A stretch of DNA of 63,810 bases from Amphiscolops sp. MND2022 (Eukaryota): the NCBI GenBank assembly GCA_964187785.1, contig OZ076410.1, forward strand, positions 77,252,001 through 77,315,810, written 5' to 3'. The notes beneath the pieces are model-generated. The model was not told the origin of the DNA. It was given only the letters and a program-made list of their open reading frames with translations, and did not search any database. The position numbers were made by a program, and so were the translations under genes. Shown in pieces: positions 1 through 13,171 of this stretch (position 1 is its first letter; every line of letters starts with the position of its first letter).

Positions 1-895
1 AGTGACTACTTGACGGGGAAATTTAGGAAAAATTTGGATGGAATTTCTTCTCAAGTGTGTGAATCAGAAAGCCTGATCCGGCACCGGCATCCGATCAACG
101 GCCAATGTTCAAATTTCAAGGAGCCTTAAAACGCATTAAAAATCGTATTATATCTAAATAGTGCATTAACTTGATTAAATCGCCTCGTTAACAGTTCAAT
201 TCATCCCCTTCAGTCACTCCATATCACGAATCGCAACCCCCCTAATTTAACAACTGGCTTGTATCATAGACGGCCGAAGAAACCTTTTTTATTGCTTAAT
301 TTTGAATTTTTCTATTTATCATTGAACATGAAACTGTGATCTTCATTCCAAGGATGTTTCAAGTGCTTAACGGGAATTGAGATTTGCTCTTATTCTAAGG
401 GCTGGGCTAGTGTTTTCAGTAACATGTTGATGTGGGCAGGGTCGATTAATAAAAACTTGATAATGGAAAGCAGCAAATCAAGAAACATCAGTTCGGGTGC
501 CCAAACAAGCTGCAATTACAGCATAATCGATTTCAATTAAGTAAATTAACTATCCAAACACTCGAGTGTTTGTCTGATTACAGATTGTTTGTCCAAATTC
601 AACTGAAGGTGAAGGCTTTTTCGATTCTGGAAAGCTGTTTTATCGAATACAAACATTAATCTCTGCTACTTGGCTTTGACGCACAGTTGGTTCAATTGAT
701 TATAAGTTGCTGCTGTTTGCTTACACCTGATGAAGAAAGAAGGAGTGAAAAAGTCGAGTGTTACTTTCAGCCCACTGGAATTTAACACTTTTTGCCGACT
801 TTAAAGTCTTAGCAGATCGAATGTATCAAAGATCAGAACGAGAACAGAACAACAAAACGTGATGAACACGTGAATAAATTCAAAGCCATTCATAC

Positions 896-1029
896 CCGGT
901 TTTTGTTTTTCATCCGCGGAGTAGTCCACGTCACAATCTGGTCCTTTGTTCGGCAATCCAAAGTGCCAGTGAAGCCAGTGAACCAAGTCTGTGATTTCGG
1001 AGGTACCAGAATCTTGTTATCAACAGCCG
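896..1029 (-). CDS. Coding exon D of Robo-like receptor (N-terminal half of a third Ig domain)
   Basis: Not in the ORF track. Acceptor ttgaatttcag|CG at 1029; donor CGG|GTATGA at 896; phase 1/0, compatible with exon C. (T)AVDNKILVPPKSQTWFTGFTGTLDCRTKDQIVTWTTPRMKNKNR, with Ig-like Cys and Trp. Confidence 0.7.
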
Positions 1030-4000
1030 CTGAAATTCAAAGCGATCAATATCATCACAAATGCAGCTCCTAATCTACATTTTTTCACTCCTTAGGCACT
1101 CTTATCTGTATTTTTCTCAAGCACATGGTTGAGAATGATTCAAGTGGAATAAACAAATCCATTGTAACCAAGAAAGTCAAAGAGATAGCATTGAAATGAA
1201 GAGAAAAGAAGCGCTTATGTTTAAAATATTTGCTTTTTCCATTTGCTTCCATATGGGTTACTCGCTTACTCAGGCTTTGTTGTTCGAGCAAGAAACAGCA
1301 ACCGGCGCCCAACTCTCGAAAACGTGGGAAAAAGTGGATTAGGGAATTTGGATTTCAGCGCAATTTTGTTTATGAGAAAAACTAAACAAGTAAACGTGTT
1401 TGAGGTTTAAATCAGAGTTGTGATTTATTTGTGCATCTGGCACAATAAATTGGAACCTCATGACACAAACACGTTGTGCTGAGATTGGGGGTGCAATTCA
1501 ATATTAGCCTGATCTGGTGGGTATTAGCACCAATTGTCGGCATGTTGTCAATATGGGAGAATTATTCCAGAGGGCCACGTGGTTGCACTTGTTGCCACAT
1601 AGCGTGACCACCCCCCGGTTAGGATTGATAAGTTGTTTTGGGCTCATACAGCAACTACCAATTACCGCTTAAAAATACACATGGCCCTGTTTAAAATGTT
1701 CCAGCGCACTGCGCTTCTCAACCCCCATTGCCGACTTGAGCCAACATTCCAGAGACGCCTTAATTAGACCCAGATGTGAGCCTTACTGTTCGACTTAGCA
1801 CGCCAATGCCAACCTCAAATGTATATCTTTAGTTAATACCCCGTGCATTATTTATCAATTCCCAAATCAAAACCTGAAGACACCTTTCTTCTCCAATTTG
1901 CTCCCTGTTTTTAATGGTTGAACTAAATGACCCTTGACAACTATTCGAGGGACGGGCCACTTAACGACGTCGGTAATTCTTGCAATGGGGAAATAAGTCC
2001 TCGAGATTTGCGTTTAAGACATGACAGCATGCAGTTGGAATTATACATTAAATTTTTAATCGAACAATGACTCACGTTGAATTGTGATTTTGGAAGTTGC
2101 TTCTGCTGTTCCCACTTCGTTTTTGGCCAGGCAAGTGTACAGTCCAGAGTAAGACACTTTTGCATTCAGAACAACCAGAGAGTCGTCTTTCTCATTTTCA
2201 AACACGTTCCTGAAATTTAAAAAATCTTTCCTCATTGACGTGTCAATAACCTAAATTCAAGCGAAAAAAAACTAGAAATTAACCTTGAAACAATGTTTTT
2301 CCCGTTTTTTATTCAAAAAAGTTTGACCATTATGCTAAAAAGTGGCCGTCCACAGAAGAAAATGCACGCGTGAATAAAAACCCAAGTTTAGCTCTTGATA
2401 TTTTTCATTCATCCACATTGATAATTAAGCGCCTTAAAGAATACTCCTCTTTACTCCTGGAAATTTTCTTAACTTGGTCGTATCTTTTTCCTAGAGGAAA
2501 TACTGCAGGCAAGCATGATTGAACTTATGCGAAACAAGGAGAATTTTCATCAAAAGTGACCACAGATAAAATTGACTGGTTTCCGGTGAGGTACGAAGCT
2601 AACTGGAGACATGAAAACCTTTGATCCATTATAGATGGCAAGCATCGAAAATAAAACTATTTATTTTAAAGCACTCATTCCGAAGTACATGCTTTTGGCT
2701 TCCTTTAAAATTTTTTTTCCATTAAGGAGACAATACGATTGTGTTTAATAATTTAGGAAAAAGGTGAGTACACTATACTGTTTGTATATACAATGACCTC
2801 AACAAAATGAACTCAAAAAGTTCATTCATGTCATGAGGCGGGAATGTTAGTTGGCACTTGAGTCCCACAGAATTTTAGTAGTCCACTTTTTGTACCATGA
2901 CTATTTTTTGAAAACTACGAATTTCAAAACACGAAAGTGTTGAACGATCATGATCCAAGCTTTGTGGGCGGTGCGAAGTTGGAGCATTCTCAACTTCACA
3001 AGATATGATTAATTTTTCATCAATTTGTAATTTGCGTGAGATCCTTGTGCCGTTCCTTAGCGTCCAAGAGTGGTGCATTTTCGTGTAGTTCAGTACATGC
3101 TTCAAATGCAATTAAATGCTCGTTTCGAAAGGTGTGAGAATTTGATAGCAAACAATAGCATCGCTCGACAGGGCAGGCCTTCGTGACGCTTGCAACTCCG
3201 AGTACAATAGAGTGTCGTTATTGAAACTTTATAACTCGTTGGTAGTTTTAAAAAAAGTTTGAGAAAAGAATATTAATTAACACAGTTGGTTTTGCCAAGT
3301 CAAGTTTTCGAAGTGTGAAAGTACTTGAAACTTTCAAACATTTCGTGTCACTTTTCAAGAGTTTCAATAATTTACCTGCCAAATTGAGATGCTTGAAATG
3401 CTTTCACACTTTTTGGATCGCCTCGAGATACGCAAACAGAGTCGAGCAATGTTATTTCAACTCAATTAATAAATGTTTCAATTTTAAATGGATAGAAAAC
3501 AAACACAAGCAAACCGATTTTTCACACAGCTGCAATATCACCAAAATGTGCATCCCAAGAGCCTCTTCAGATGAAGATCCGTGATGTCATTTGACACGTC
3601 ATTTTAAATTTCTGACACCTTTGGCGTGTGACAGTTATTGAAAGGCAACAATGTGCATCAAACACTGAATCATTAACGCTCTCTTTTAATGAGCCTCCTC
3701 GATTCTTGGGAGAGGGAGCCAAGGCTACGATATCCCCACATAGTGTGCACTCTTAAGTGAGCCGGTCAGCTAGACGGAGCCCACTGTCCACTTGATCTGA
3801 GCCAAATTACTACATTTAAGGGGCCCCTCGAGCAACACATCAAATATGTGTCAATTTCGAGGCCACGCTTTTCATCGCAATTATTAGAGTCCCCTCCACA
3901 CTCAAAGTGTCTCATTTCAACAGTTTGGAACACATCTCGTGATCTCTCCCACGGTCTCTGTTTTAGGTCATTGGCATTTGGACTTTTCAAAGCCAGATAC

Positions 4001-4975
4001 AGTAGTTGGAGTAGTCCCTAACTTGTACTAGTACTAACACTGGACAACTCAGATAAGTGTTGGCAAACATCAAAAACAAGCAATTTTAGAAGCTCCTTAT
4101 TTTATCTGTTGACTCTTTTTGATTGAAATTTGATAAATTTGAACATCAAAGAAGTTTTTGGATATTTGTCAAAGAATTGGAGTCCTTAGAATGGCTCGCG
4201 TTACGATGCTTGGTGTAGAGCCTTTTTTAAAGATACCTTTATTAACAAGAAACACTATCGTTCATCAATTCATCGTAACTTCTAGAACAGCCCCGAATTT
4301 TCAGATGAAAATTTTTAGTGTAGCTGACAAAAACGTGACGCTATACCGCAACATATTGATTATAACAGTTTCTCGTAGTTTTTTTAAGGTCAACCTACTG
4401 CCTCCCGATGAGTAACTATGTCGCGACATACATAGCGGAAAAAGATAATACTGGAAATTAGTTACAAGCAGCTCTACAGATACAGAAAGTTACATAAGGA
4501 TAGAAACGCATGTATCGCACAAAATAGATCGGTTTGGGAGTCTATGAGGAAAGATAAAAAAAGGAGTTGACTTGGACTTACGTCTTCGCATCCTGCAAGG
4601 CATGTTTGACATCTGTGTGCCATTTGACTTCATTGGCAAAAACGACCTCGCAGGGGATAGTGAAATTCATGCCCTCGTTGTAAGTCGCTTCTTTCTGAGG
4701 CAATTTGATAAACATCGGGGGCTCTGAAACAAACAAGCCAACATTTATAAGCACACAAAATCAACATTTACTGTACTTTTCCAACCGACCGCGCTTCCAC
4801 GAACTAATCCCCCATTTTGAACGACAAGCGCCTTCGGCTACCAAGCTGGTCCATTCTGATCAAATTTACGACTTAGTTGCTGTTGGAAATAGCACTCAAC
4901 ATAATTGCCCCGTTATCTTGCGTCAATGAACGCGTTGAGTTCTGTTTTTCGGTGTAACACTTAAATCTCGAACTT

Positions 4976-5310
4976 AACAAGCCCGGAACGGGCCAGCCAG
5001 TGCCCGTTTATTGCTCAAAAAGCGCAACGAATCACTCCTGGAAAGATTTTGGGCTACTAAAAGCTTTTCTTTAACTCAAAATGAAAAAGGAAGAACCTTT
5101 TGGTGATTTTCAAAAAATCGAAAAAGTTGCACAGTGCCAAAAACCCCAAAAGGGGGACACTTGCTACTGTCTACCCTTGTAATATGGTGCTATACGTAAT
5201 TTAGACTTGAACAATTTGAACCAAAAGTGGACTTTTCGAAGTGAGGCTGAAAAAAAAACTAGCCTTTTTAATAATACGCTCGTTTTCTTCAAAACGCGAG
5301 ACGACTAATA
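4976..5310 (-). mobile_element. Diverged HINE (non-autonomous Helentron-like) copy in intron
   Basis: On the minus strand, 5' tattagtcg...gaagaaaacgag resembles the start of the 56860 copy; 3' end ggcactggctg-GCCCG-ttc-CGGGC-ttgtt matches the family hairpin plus TTGTT terminus. Confidence 0.55.
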
Positions 5311-7015
5311 CATAATCAGCTGTGTTCATATTTACGTCACCATCCTCATAGCAGGAGTGAGCAAGCCGGGGTAACGTGCCTCGGAAGGAGAAAAACAACT
5401 ACATTATTTTGACTTGGTTGAATTCCGAAGACCTTGGCGTCGATTTTAGATGTAACCCTGTTCTTCAATATATTGTACATGTAATTTTTCAGACCTCTAA
5501 ACAATTTTAGAACCTCACAGAAAAGGGTCAATAAATGAGTAAGTGGGATAAAGTATGTAGTTAGCCCATAAAGCTATGAAAATTCTAAAATAGTTTACAC
5601 AATGCAAACATTGAATTGTTTAGTAGTCACTTAGCCATGAAATGCGGTTGGCAATAAAAAGCTGCCCTGCGGTAATTAAAATTATACTAAGTTTATTTTT
5701 CTCTTGTTTCGTTTTGTTTTTATCGGGTCATCGACGTATTCAAAAAGTGGCCCCGACACTTTTGGTCTCTTTGTTTTTCGGTAATATGCAGAGCGCCGCT
5801 ATCATTTTTAACGGGTAGAATTGTATATAAAAATGCAAATTTCATCTAAATGAAAAGGCAAACAAAGAGACATAAATATCGATAAAAATCCCGCTGGCCT
5901 TTTAATATGGTAAATTTGAATTGTCCACTTGTGATGTGAAAAATAAATTAAGCGCTTTAAACTTTTTTTACATTACATACATGTACAGTAAGTAGTAGGT
6001 ACAGTAGATACAATTAATGCGAGAATTATAATTATCGAGTTTAACAGCTTAATATGCTCAAAAACACTTGGCTTCGTTTGTACTGCAATTGAGGGGTCTC
6101 TCCAATTTTCAAAGTAATTGAATACTGTTGACAGACTATTTGAAGTATAATTAATAAATCAACAATTTTGGCCAACTAATTTCATTGCAGCCACTTGAAA
6201 GCTTTTTCGTTTGGCCACTTAAATCATCCATTCATTAAGGCTGGCAGCTTGATAGTTATTACCAACTCCAAAGAACTATGCCATTTGGGCACACGCAATA
6301 TTTGTGCCATGATCGATTGCTCTTCACTCGGTGGACAACTTAATGACCACTAATTAAAAATCAAGAAATTATACACTTCGAAATTATTCACGCAACCGAT
6401 AAGAGCTTCTTCGAGAGAAAAACCATCTCAAGTTGATTACAACAAAAGTTTGTAATTTTTTACAACTGCTCAAGCGTAGAATTGAACTCATCCAAGCGAT
6501 GCCGACCAAATGGCTCCACAGGAGTGGCAGGCAACTAAGCATTGATATCCAGCCAAGCTCGACGACAAATAAAGATCAATAATTATTTTCCACTTCTCAA
6601 ACTTGAAAGTCGCCAAATGTTGCAACCCCATTATTCAGCCTACTGCACAAGCTACCAAGTTCGAAGAAAAAGAAAACCGCGCAGTCGAGATCTGACAAAC
6701 TTCAAAAGCAACCTATAAAAAATTCAAGGCTTCCTGAATGATATAAAACAAATGAATCAACCCGAGTGAAGCAAGCCTCCGTTTCTAAAATTGCCTTTTT
6801 TGAACCCCCAAAAATTGCGCAAAAACCGGGCTTCTTCGTCAAAGCATCGTGACCTATTGTCAACCTCTTCATAACATGCAGCAATATATTTTGCTTCGAA
6901 ATCAACCGAATGATACCATTTTCATTTCCTGTTTTAAGCGGTCGCGTGTAATAAACAACGTGATAAAGGAGACACGTCACGTGCCACGTGAAAGTAAGTC
7001 CAGAAATGCACTAAC

Positions 7016-7303
7016 TCTCAATGACTAATTTAATATGTGGGCTGATCTGGGTGCCAGCAATGTTTGAGGCAACACATGTGTAAAGGCCTTGGTGCTCAGA
7101 CACGTTTGCTTTCACAATTGTGAGGGTCTTTCCATTGTCGGTGGTCTTCATCTGAGTTCCGTCTATCTGAATGGGTCTCCCGTCCTTCTGCCACGATACG
7201 GTAGGCGGTGGATTTCCCAAAGGGGGCTCACATTCCAGCTCAGGGGAGGTGAGATCGGCTACGTATACCAGCTCCTCCATTTTGCCAAACTTCTCGTTCA
7301 GAA
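7016..7303 (-). CDS. Coding exon C of Robo-like receptor (complete second Ig domain)
   Basis: Acceptor tttattctag|TT at 7303; donor A|GTTAGT at 7016; 288 nt, phase 1/1. (F)LNEKFGKMEELVYVADLTSPELECEPPLGNPPPTVSWQKDG...GLYTCVASNIAGTQISPHIKLVIE resembles Robo Ig2 as I recall it (LRDDF...ECQPPRGHPEPTISWKKDG...YVCVGTNMVG). Confidence 0.9.
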
Positions 7304-8193
7304 CTAGAATAAAACAACAAAGACTCTCAGCTCACGCCATTCACAATGTCAATGATCCTCATTGTCGCTTTTGAAGTCTCAGCAAAAGATAATTTCAAAG
7401 TTCACGCCACAGCTGGATGTGCATAAAATCCTTTTAATTCCCATTTAGTATTTCAGGCATGTGTAGTACTATGAGTACATTCCTGATATGAAAGTTAGCA
7501 AATTATTAATTTATGCTTTGTTGCGAAATTAAATTGTTCACTGGAACGCGAGAGTTTCTTGCAGCATAATGATCCGGCAAGCAGTATACGAAAGGTTGAT
7601 TAGTTTTTTCATCTACTATGGTTAAGTTTTTTTTGAAAATTCAATAGCTTTGATACAATATTCATTGCATTGAATTATTTTGTGATGTATTAACATAGTC
7701 TCCATTTATTATAATATTTCACATTTTTCTTGTATACACTCTCAAAAAATTCTGTAAAAAGGTAAAATTCTAGCAAAAGGAATGCTAGAACACTGAAACG
7801 CCCTATCATAGGTTCTGAATAATGTTCATTTATCTCAAATGTCAAGGCTGAATGCTACAGAATCTTGGTAAACTAATTGGATCCGCAAGAAAAATTCACT
7901 AAAACTACATTCGCAATTTACAATTGCAGTTCCTATCAAAGTACACACGATGAGAGCAGTGCCTCGAGATTAGAGGAGCTTTCTCTCAACAAAGAATAAA
8001 ATGCTCGTAAAAGCAGAATGGAGATCTTAAATTTTTATTTCACAGGATTTACAGCCTTTGCAGTCATTTTGCATGCATCGAAGCACAAAATAGTAACATT
8101 CAGCATCAAATTTCCATGAAATAATGATCAATATGTAATAAAATGGGTAAGAATAGCCTTTGGCGGTGAAATCAGGGTGCTATTTCAACTTAC

Positions 8194-8361
8194 AGGGTAT
8201 AATAAGCTTGGTCCCCATACTACCAACTTGTCCCAGAGGGTTTTTGGCTTTGCAGTAGTAATTGCCTTGCAATGTTTCGTCGAAACCGATCAATGTCAGG
8301 GCCGTGTCACTGCTGCCGTAATGTTCGATTTTAATCTTGCCTTTGTAGTCTTCTTCGTCCA
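8194..8361 (-). CDS. Coding exon B of Robo-like receptor (C-terminal half of first Ig domain)
   Basis: Acceptor ctgttttag|TG at 8361; donor T|GTAAG at 8194; 168 nt, phase 1/1. Joins exon A in frame: (M)DEEDYKGKIKIEHYGSSDTALTLIGFDETLQGNYYCKAKNPLGQVGSMGTKLIIP, with Ig GxYxCxAxNxxG motif. Confidence 0.9.
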
Positions 8362-8380
8362 CTAAAACAGTGGAAAATTT

Positions 8381-8465
8381 ATTCACACCTTGTTCATCCA
8401 TGACCCAAAAATTATTCACACGTTGTTTAACTGTTATTCACACCTTTTTCAAATTGTTCACACCT
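8381..8465. repeat. Four spaced TTCACAC(C) motifs just upstream (minus sense) of the exon B acceptor
   Basis: attcacacct, attcacacgt, attcacacct, gttcacacct at ~20-30 nt spacing. Confidence 0.6.
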
Positions 8466-10033
8466 TGATCAACGGTCTCGAATTGTCAGTAGTACACTTG
8501 ACAAGGTCCAGCGTTGGAGGCGACAATTGAATGGAAGGAACAAATTAATATCAACATGCTACAATGCCCGGTTACCTGTGGCTTTATTACAACCTATTCA
8601 AGACCATTTGAGCAGGCGGCACTGTGCAAGCAGCTATGAGTCATTTTTGTCCCATTGTCAACAAACTTATCACGCGATCCATTTTCTATTTTGGGGAATT
8701 TAGCAACTATTGAAGGAAAAACAATTATGTGGTTCTGATAAAATCGATCACTTCAAATTATGAAGCAAAAAATAGGAATAAAGTGTAAATTAGTTAGCGA
8801 TGCTTGAGTGGAAGCTCTTGTATAACAGGAACTTTGATTGAATACGACCTACGTTTACTCACCCACTTATAAGTCGAGCACAGTTCCGTTGGAGCACAGG
8901 TGAACAATCCAAATTTCACACTTTTTACAAAATCAAATTTAACGAATCAACTTTCCACTCAACAATCTAAATTTCTGCGCTTCCTGTGTGCCATTTCATC
9001 TATTTTTTAGATTAATTGTCATGATTCATACTAAACAAACGCTTAGTATGAAATATGCATGTTTTCACACAAAATTCTTTCTTGCTCACGGCATTTGAGA
9101 CCACTTTGATTAAAGTAGCCGTTGTTAAGTGTTGAATTGAACTCGTTTACATGAAAACAAAAAATGCAATCTCGTTCAGTTACAGCAGAAAAAATAGCAT
9201 TTAGCAGCTTTTGCCTTCGCACAAGGTCCTGTAAATCTCATGCATTTTTTCTTTCGAAATTTCTTTCATTTGACTGCGTGATGTGCGATAGATCCGTAAT
9301 AACTTGCTAACCGATTAATACCGGGGAGTGAAAAATTGGCGTTTCCTGTTCATGAGGCCTGTGCCTTCCATCTAATTTTTGTTGTCTTTCCAGGCTACAC
9401 TGCGGCAACAAGGTGTACAGTGTAGGGAAAAAATTCTCTGGACATTTTCCACAGTTCGGCCGTCCACGAAAAACGACGCCTCGAGAAATTGTACGGCCTT
9501 ACACATGATGTATCTTGATATTATGTCACATTTTTCAATAGGCATCCTTCATGACATTTTGGCTTCCTATTACGGCTTCACAAATCTCACTCTAGCGGCT
9601 GCCACTTCTGTTCAGGCCAGTTTGATATTAAAAATAACTCAACGAGAGTGAAAACATAAGCTGTTCAGCTTTTAATGCGCTACTAATAGCACCCTGAAAG
9701 GCGCAACTAGTCTGCGAACAGACATCGAAAACATTTTCAGGGTTGGATTTTTGAATAGAACATTCAATGCATCGGGTTTAACAACATCGGTCCATCTGTA
9801 TATTCATTGTCGTCTTTGAGTTTGATATTCATAAAGGATGCTATGTATTAAAGATATTCTACACTTTTTTCCAATAATACTAATTACGCAAAAAATTCAA
9901 AAAGGGTCGTTCTTTAATAAATTCAAGACCTCGTTAGCTGAATTAATCTACAGCTGCTTCCGTTTCCGTTTATTAACAGGAAATTTTTATCAGTCTGTCT
10001 TGCATACCTAAAATTGAAAAGTCTAGCCATCAT

Positions 10034-10089
10034 AAGGGTGTGAAAAAATTCAAAGGGTGTGAAAAAATTCAAAGGGTGTGAAAAAATTC
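10034..10089. repeat. 19-bp minisatellite x3 (AAGGGTGTGAAAAAATTCA)
   Basis: Three consecutive near-perfect units read directly. Confidence 0.9.
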
Positions 10090-12997
10090 TACATCTTGAG
10101 AACAATCCTGCCATAAATGATCATTAGGTAGTACTTCCTCCATTACTTTTCCACAAACCACATGAGAACACAATGAATCAGTAATTCCAGCGCAAAACCT
10201 AGTCATTCCAACAAACTGTGGTGCTTGAAATGGGAGTATGAAATATACATGTATGGCAATATACTTTTCTATACCTATTTTTGGTACATTTTGTCCACTG
10301 TTTCCAAATCTTTTTGGTCAGTGATTACTTGAAGGGTTAAAATGACAGCTGATGTAGGACTGACAAGTATGACAGTTGAGCTTTGAAAAATTCATACACT
10401 TTTCACGCATTTTTCGCGCTGCCTTCAAGAGCTCTCACACTACAAAAGCGAAGGTGCATTGAATTAATCCGAAATAAGCAGCAATAAAATCCCGAGAAAA
10501 TCTCTGCTATTTTAATCTCGCGCCACTCGCATTAACCCCTGGTTTAATATGGCACGAACGAACGCAGCAATTTAAAAACTGTGACAATCATTTCAACTAA
10601 TGCTACTTGCAGAAAAACTACAAACATTGCTGATATTACTACCACTGTTAATATTGCTCAACTCCCTCGTAAAGCCAACAAACAGTGCAGTGCAATCACT
10701 ACACTAGTAGCTTTTTTCTTGCTCCGGACTGCACCGGTGAAAAAACAGGGAATAAATGACACTTTTAAAAAAGTTAAATTAATTATGCTTTTGTTTTGTG
10801 TTGTTTCAAGTTATAAAATTGTGGGTATGATCTCAACGATGGTGGTATTACTGCTGAGTGAGATTGGCGCGCTGTGCAAAACATTGTGGTTTTTCTGGCT
10901 AGTCTGGCAACATTTCTGGAAGTGAGGGGTGGCGGTGGCAGAAAGGACGGTGAAGAGAGGGAGAGGAGAGGAGAAGAGGCAATAATAAGGAAAGGGGAGG
11001 GGCGTGTAGTTCAGCTGCGGAGAAAGATCTATTTGATGGGGTGGGCGTTTGTTCCCACATACTTCCATATCAATTCATCATCTTTTTCCTTTTATGTGCT
11101 CAGATGCCTAATACAAACACTTGAAAGAATTGAAGCTCCAAATTGGACAACGACAAAAACAAAGACCACGCAATTTCAAGTTTAACCACCAATGCATCAT
11201 TTTTTGAAGAGCTCAGTTCCGTTATAGTTATTGCAATTGCAGCGACAGGCCATTGTATAGTTTCATTTTCTGAGTTTTTGCCTCCATTCTAATTTTTTCT
11301 CGTTATTCAGAACGTTTCACAGTTTTTACAGCAAGCAGTTGAGAAAACGCAACATAGAGCACACACGATTAACCATTTGGCTAATAGTTTTAATAAAAGT
11401 GGCACCACGTGGTCTCAGAATAAATTGGCACATTGGTGAAAAACATCATCATGTGTTCAAATGCATCACATTTCTCACTTAGTTCACACTCAACCATAAA
11501 TCCAATGAATTCAACACTACAACAGACACAAGAAATAAAGCTTCATGCAAAATATCAATGTATATTCGATGCTTCTTTCACAACGTCGCATCTCAACCTC
11601 AATTGCTGCACGTCAGCGCTGGCTTGGACTGGAACAACGTCAAGACAGATCGCACTACAAATATAGAAAAACACGCGCAATATTTAGAACGCGACAGCGG
11701 CGGTGGCGGCCGACAAAAATGAGAAAATGAAAAAGAGAAATTAAAAAAGCGTAGAGCTTCGGTCATAGGAATGACTATGTACTTAGTTGTCTTATGTAGC
11801 GCACAGCGGCCCGCGGCGAGAGAAGAGACCAGTGCCGAGGACAGGACTACTGCAGCTATGTTTCAGCACCAAGTTCCTCATCGACCTTTTTCTCTCCTCG
11901 CTTCTTTGCGTCATAGGAAAGGCGTGAAAAAGCACTGGACGAAGTGAACGAAATGTGGATAGATTGATAGATGAGAGGATTGAATGGTGATGATGGATGG
12001 AAGTCGTTTGCGTTTGTAGAGGCCCAGTGAATGCCATGTGTGCACATGGTGGCTAATGAAGAAAAAGTGGGCGAGAATTTAGAAGTGGTCACACTTTAAT
12101 TGAGTATTTCACTCCAACTTTAATTCGCAACCTCTACAAATGCAAGTAGACAAACACGAAGCACAAGTAGCACTCAGTACAGAAAAAAATGACAGTCTTT
12201 CCGACACACACATCACAGGCAAACTTCATTCTGGCCAAATATGCCAAACAGACATTGGCTTGATGAAAAAAATATGACACTAAACTCGGGTGAAAAGCAA
12301 TGACTTGAAACGACGAAAACAAATGTTACAAAGCAACAGTTAAAACAGTTTGAAAAACCAACTTCTAGTTTCATGCTTCCATAGTTTTTGTTAGATGCTG
12401 CAACAAGCTTTTAAAGGAAATAGGAGATTCCAATTGATGTCCCCGAAAAGCAATAACTCGGCGGCGTTAAGATGGAATGATGTATGCGGGTATAACAAAA
12501 TATCGTCTACATGCAGAACTGTATGTGCATAGATAGGTGTTTGATGTTTTGACTAATAGCACATCACAGACGAAGGTTATCGATAGCGAGCAAATGGCGC
12601 TCAAATATGTTTAACATCCGTTACCTGAAGTAACCCAGCTTTTCGTCAGGACTTGTTGACGTGACAGCGTCACTTGTCGTTCAATTTGCGTCGTGTATGT
12701 CGGGGGTTTGTACCGTGTTTACATGTTGAACCGCTTGTGTGATCGAAACCGACATTATATTCTAATTTCATCAATTTCATTTCACTCTTTCTTAGCACTA
12801 ATTAGGTAAGTCTACATAGTTGATAGTTAGAACGAGACCGAATGTTGTCAAAATTTGTTTGTACAAAAACACTATGTTATAGGTTAATGCGAGGACAGAG
12901 AATGTTCGTTTAATCGAATATAAAACAGGAGAATGTGGTTATTAACAATAATTGCGGTTGGCTTATAATACGTTATAACATTACACAATATACTAAC

Positions 12998-13171
12998 TTG
13001 GATCGTTGTCTGAGTCCTTGTACCACTGAAACCGGGGGGCCGGTTCGCCTCGAGCATGGCACTTGAGGGTATGGTTAGACCCTCTCTTCAACATCACTTG
13101 GTTTGGGGGTTCGCTTATTATCACTGGAGGTTTCAAATCGTGCATCAATTTGCCAGAGTCACTTGAAAGAT
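12998..13171 (-). CDS. Coding exon A of a Robo-like Ig-superfamily receptor (N-terminal half of first Ig I-set domain)
   Basis: Acceptor caatttcag|AT at 13171 (alternative ttttcag at 13189, same phase); donor A|GTTAGT at 12998. Encodes ...KPPVIISEPPNQVMLKRGSNHTLKCHARGEPAPRFQWYKDSDNDP, with Ig B-strand Cys and C-strand Trp. 174 nt, phase 1/1. Confidence 0.85.

Noticed and set aside
801-986. 61-aa ORF with a hydrophobic C-terminus (possible TM segment of the Ig gene)
   Set aside because: It is in a different frame from the Ig-like exon D and runs through the exon D donor into intron.
6702-6980. 92-aa minus-strand ORF just downstream of exon C
   Set aside because: No Ig or other recognisable motif in the phase-compatible frame.
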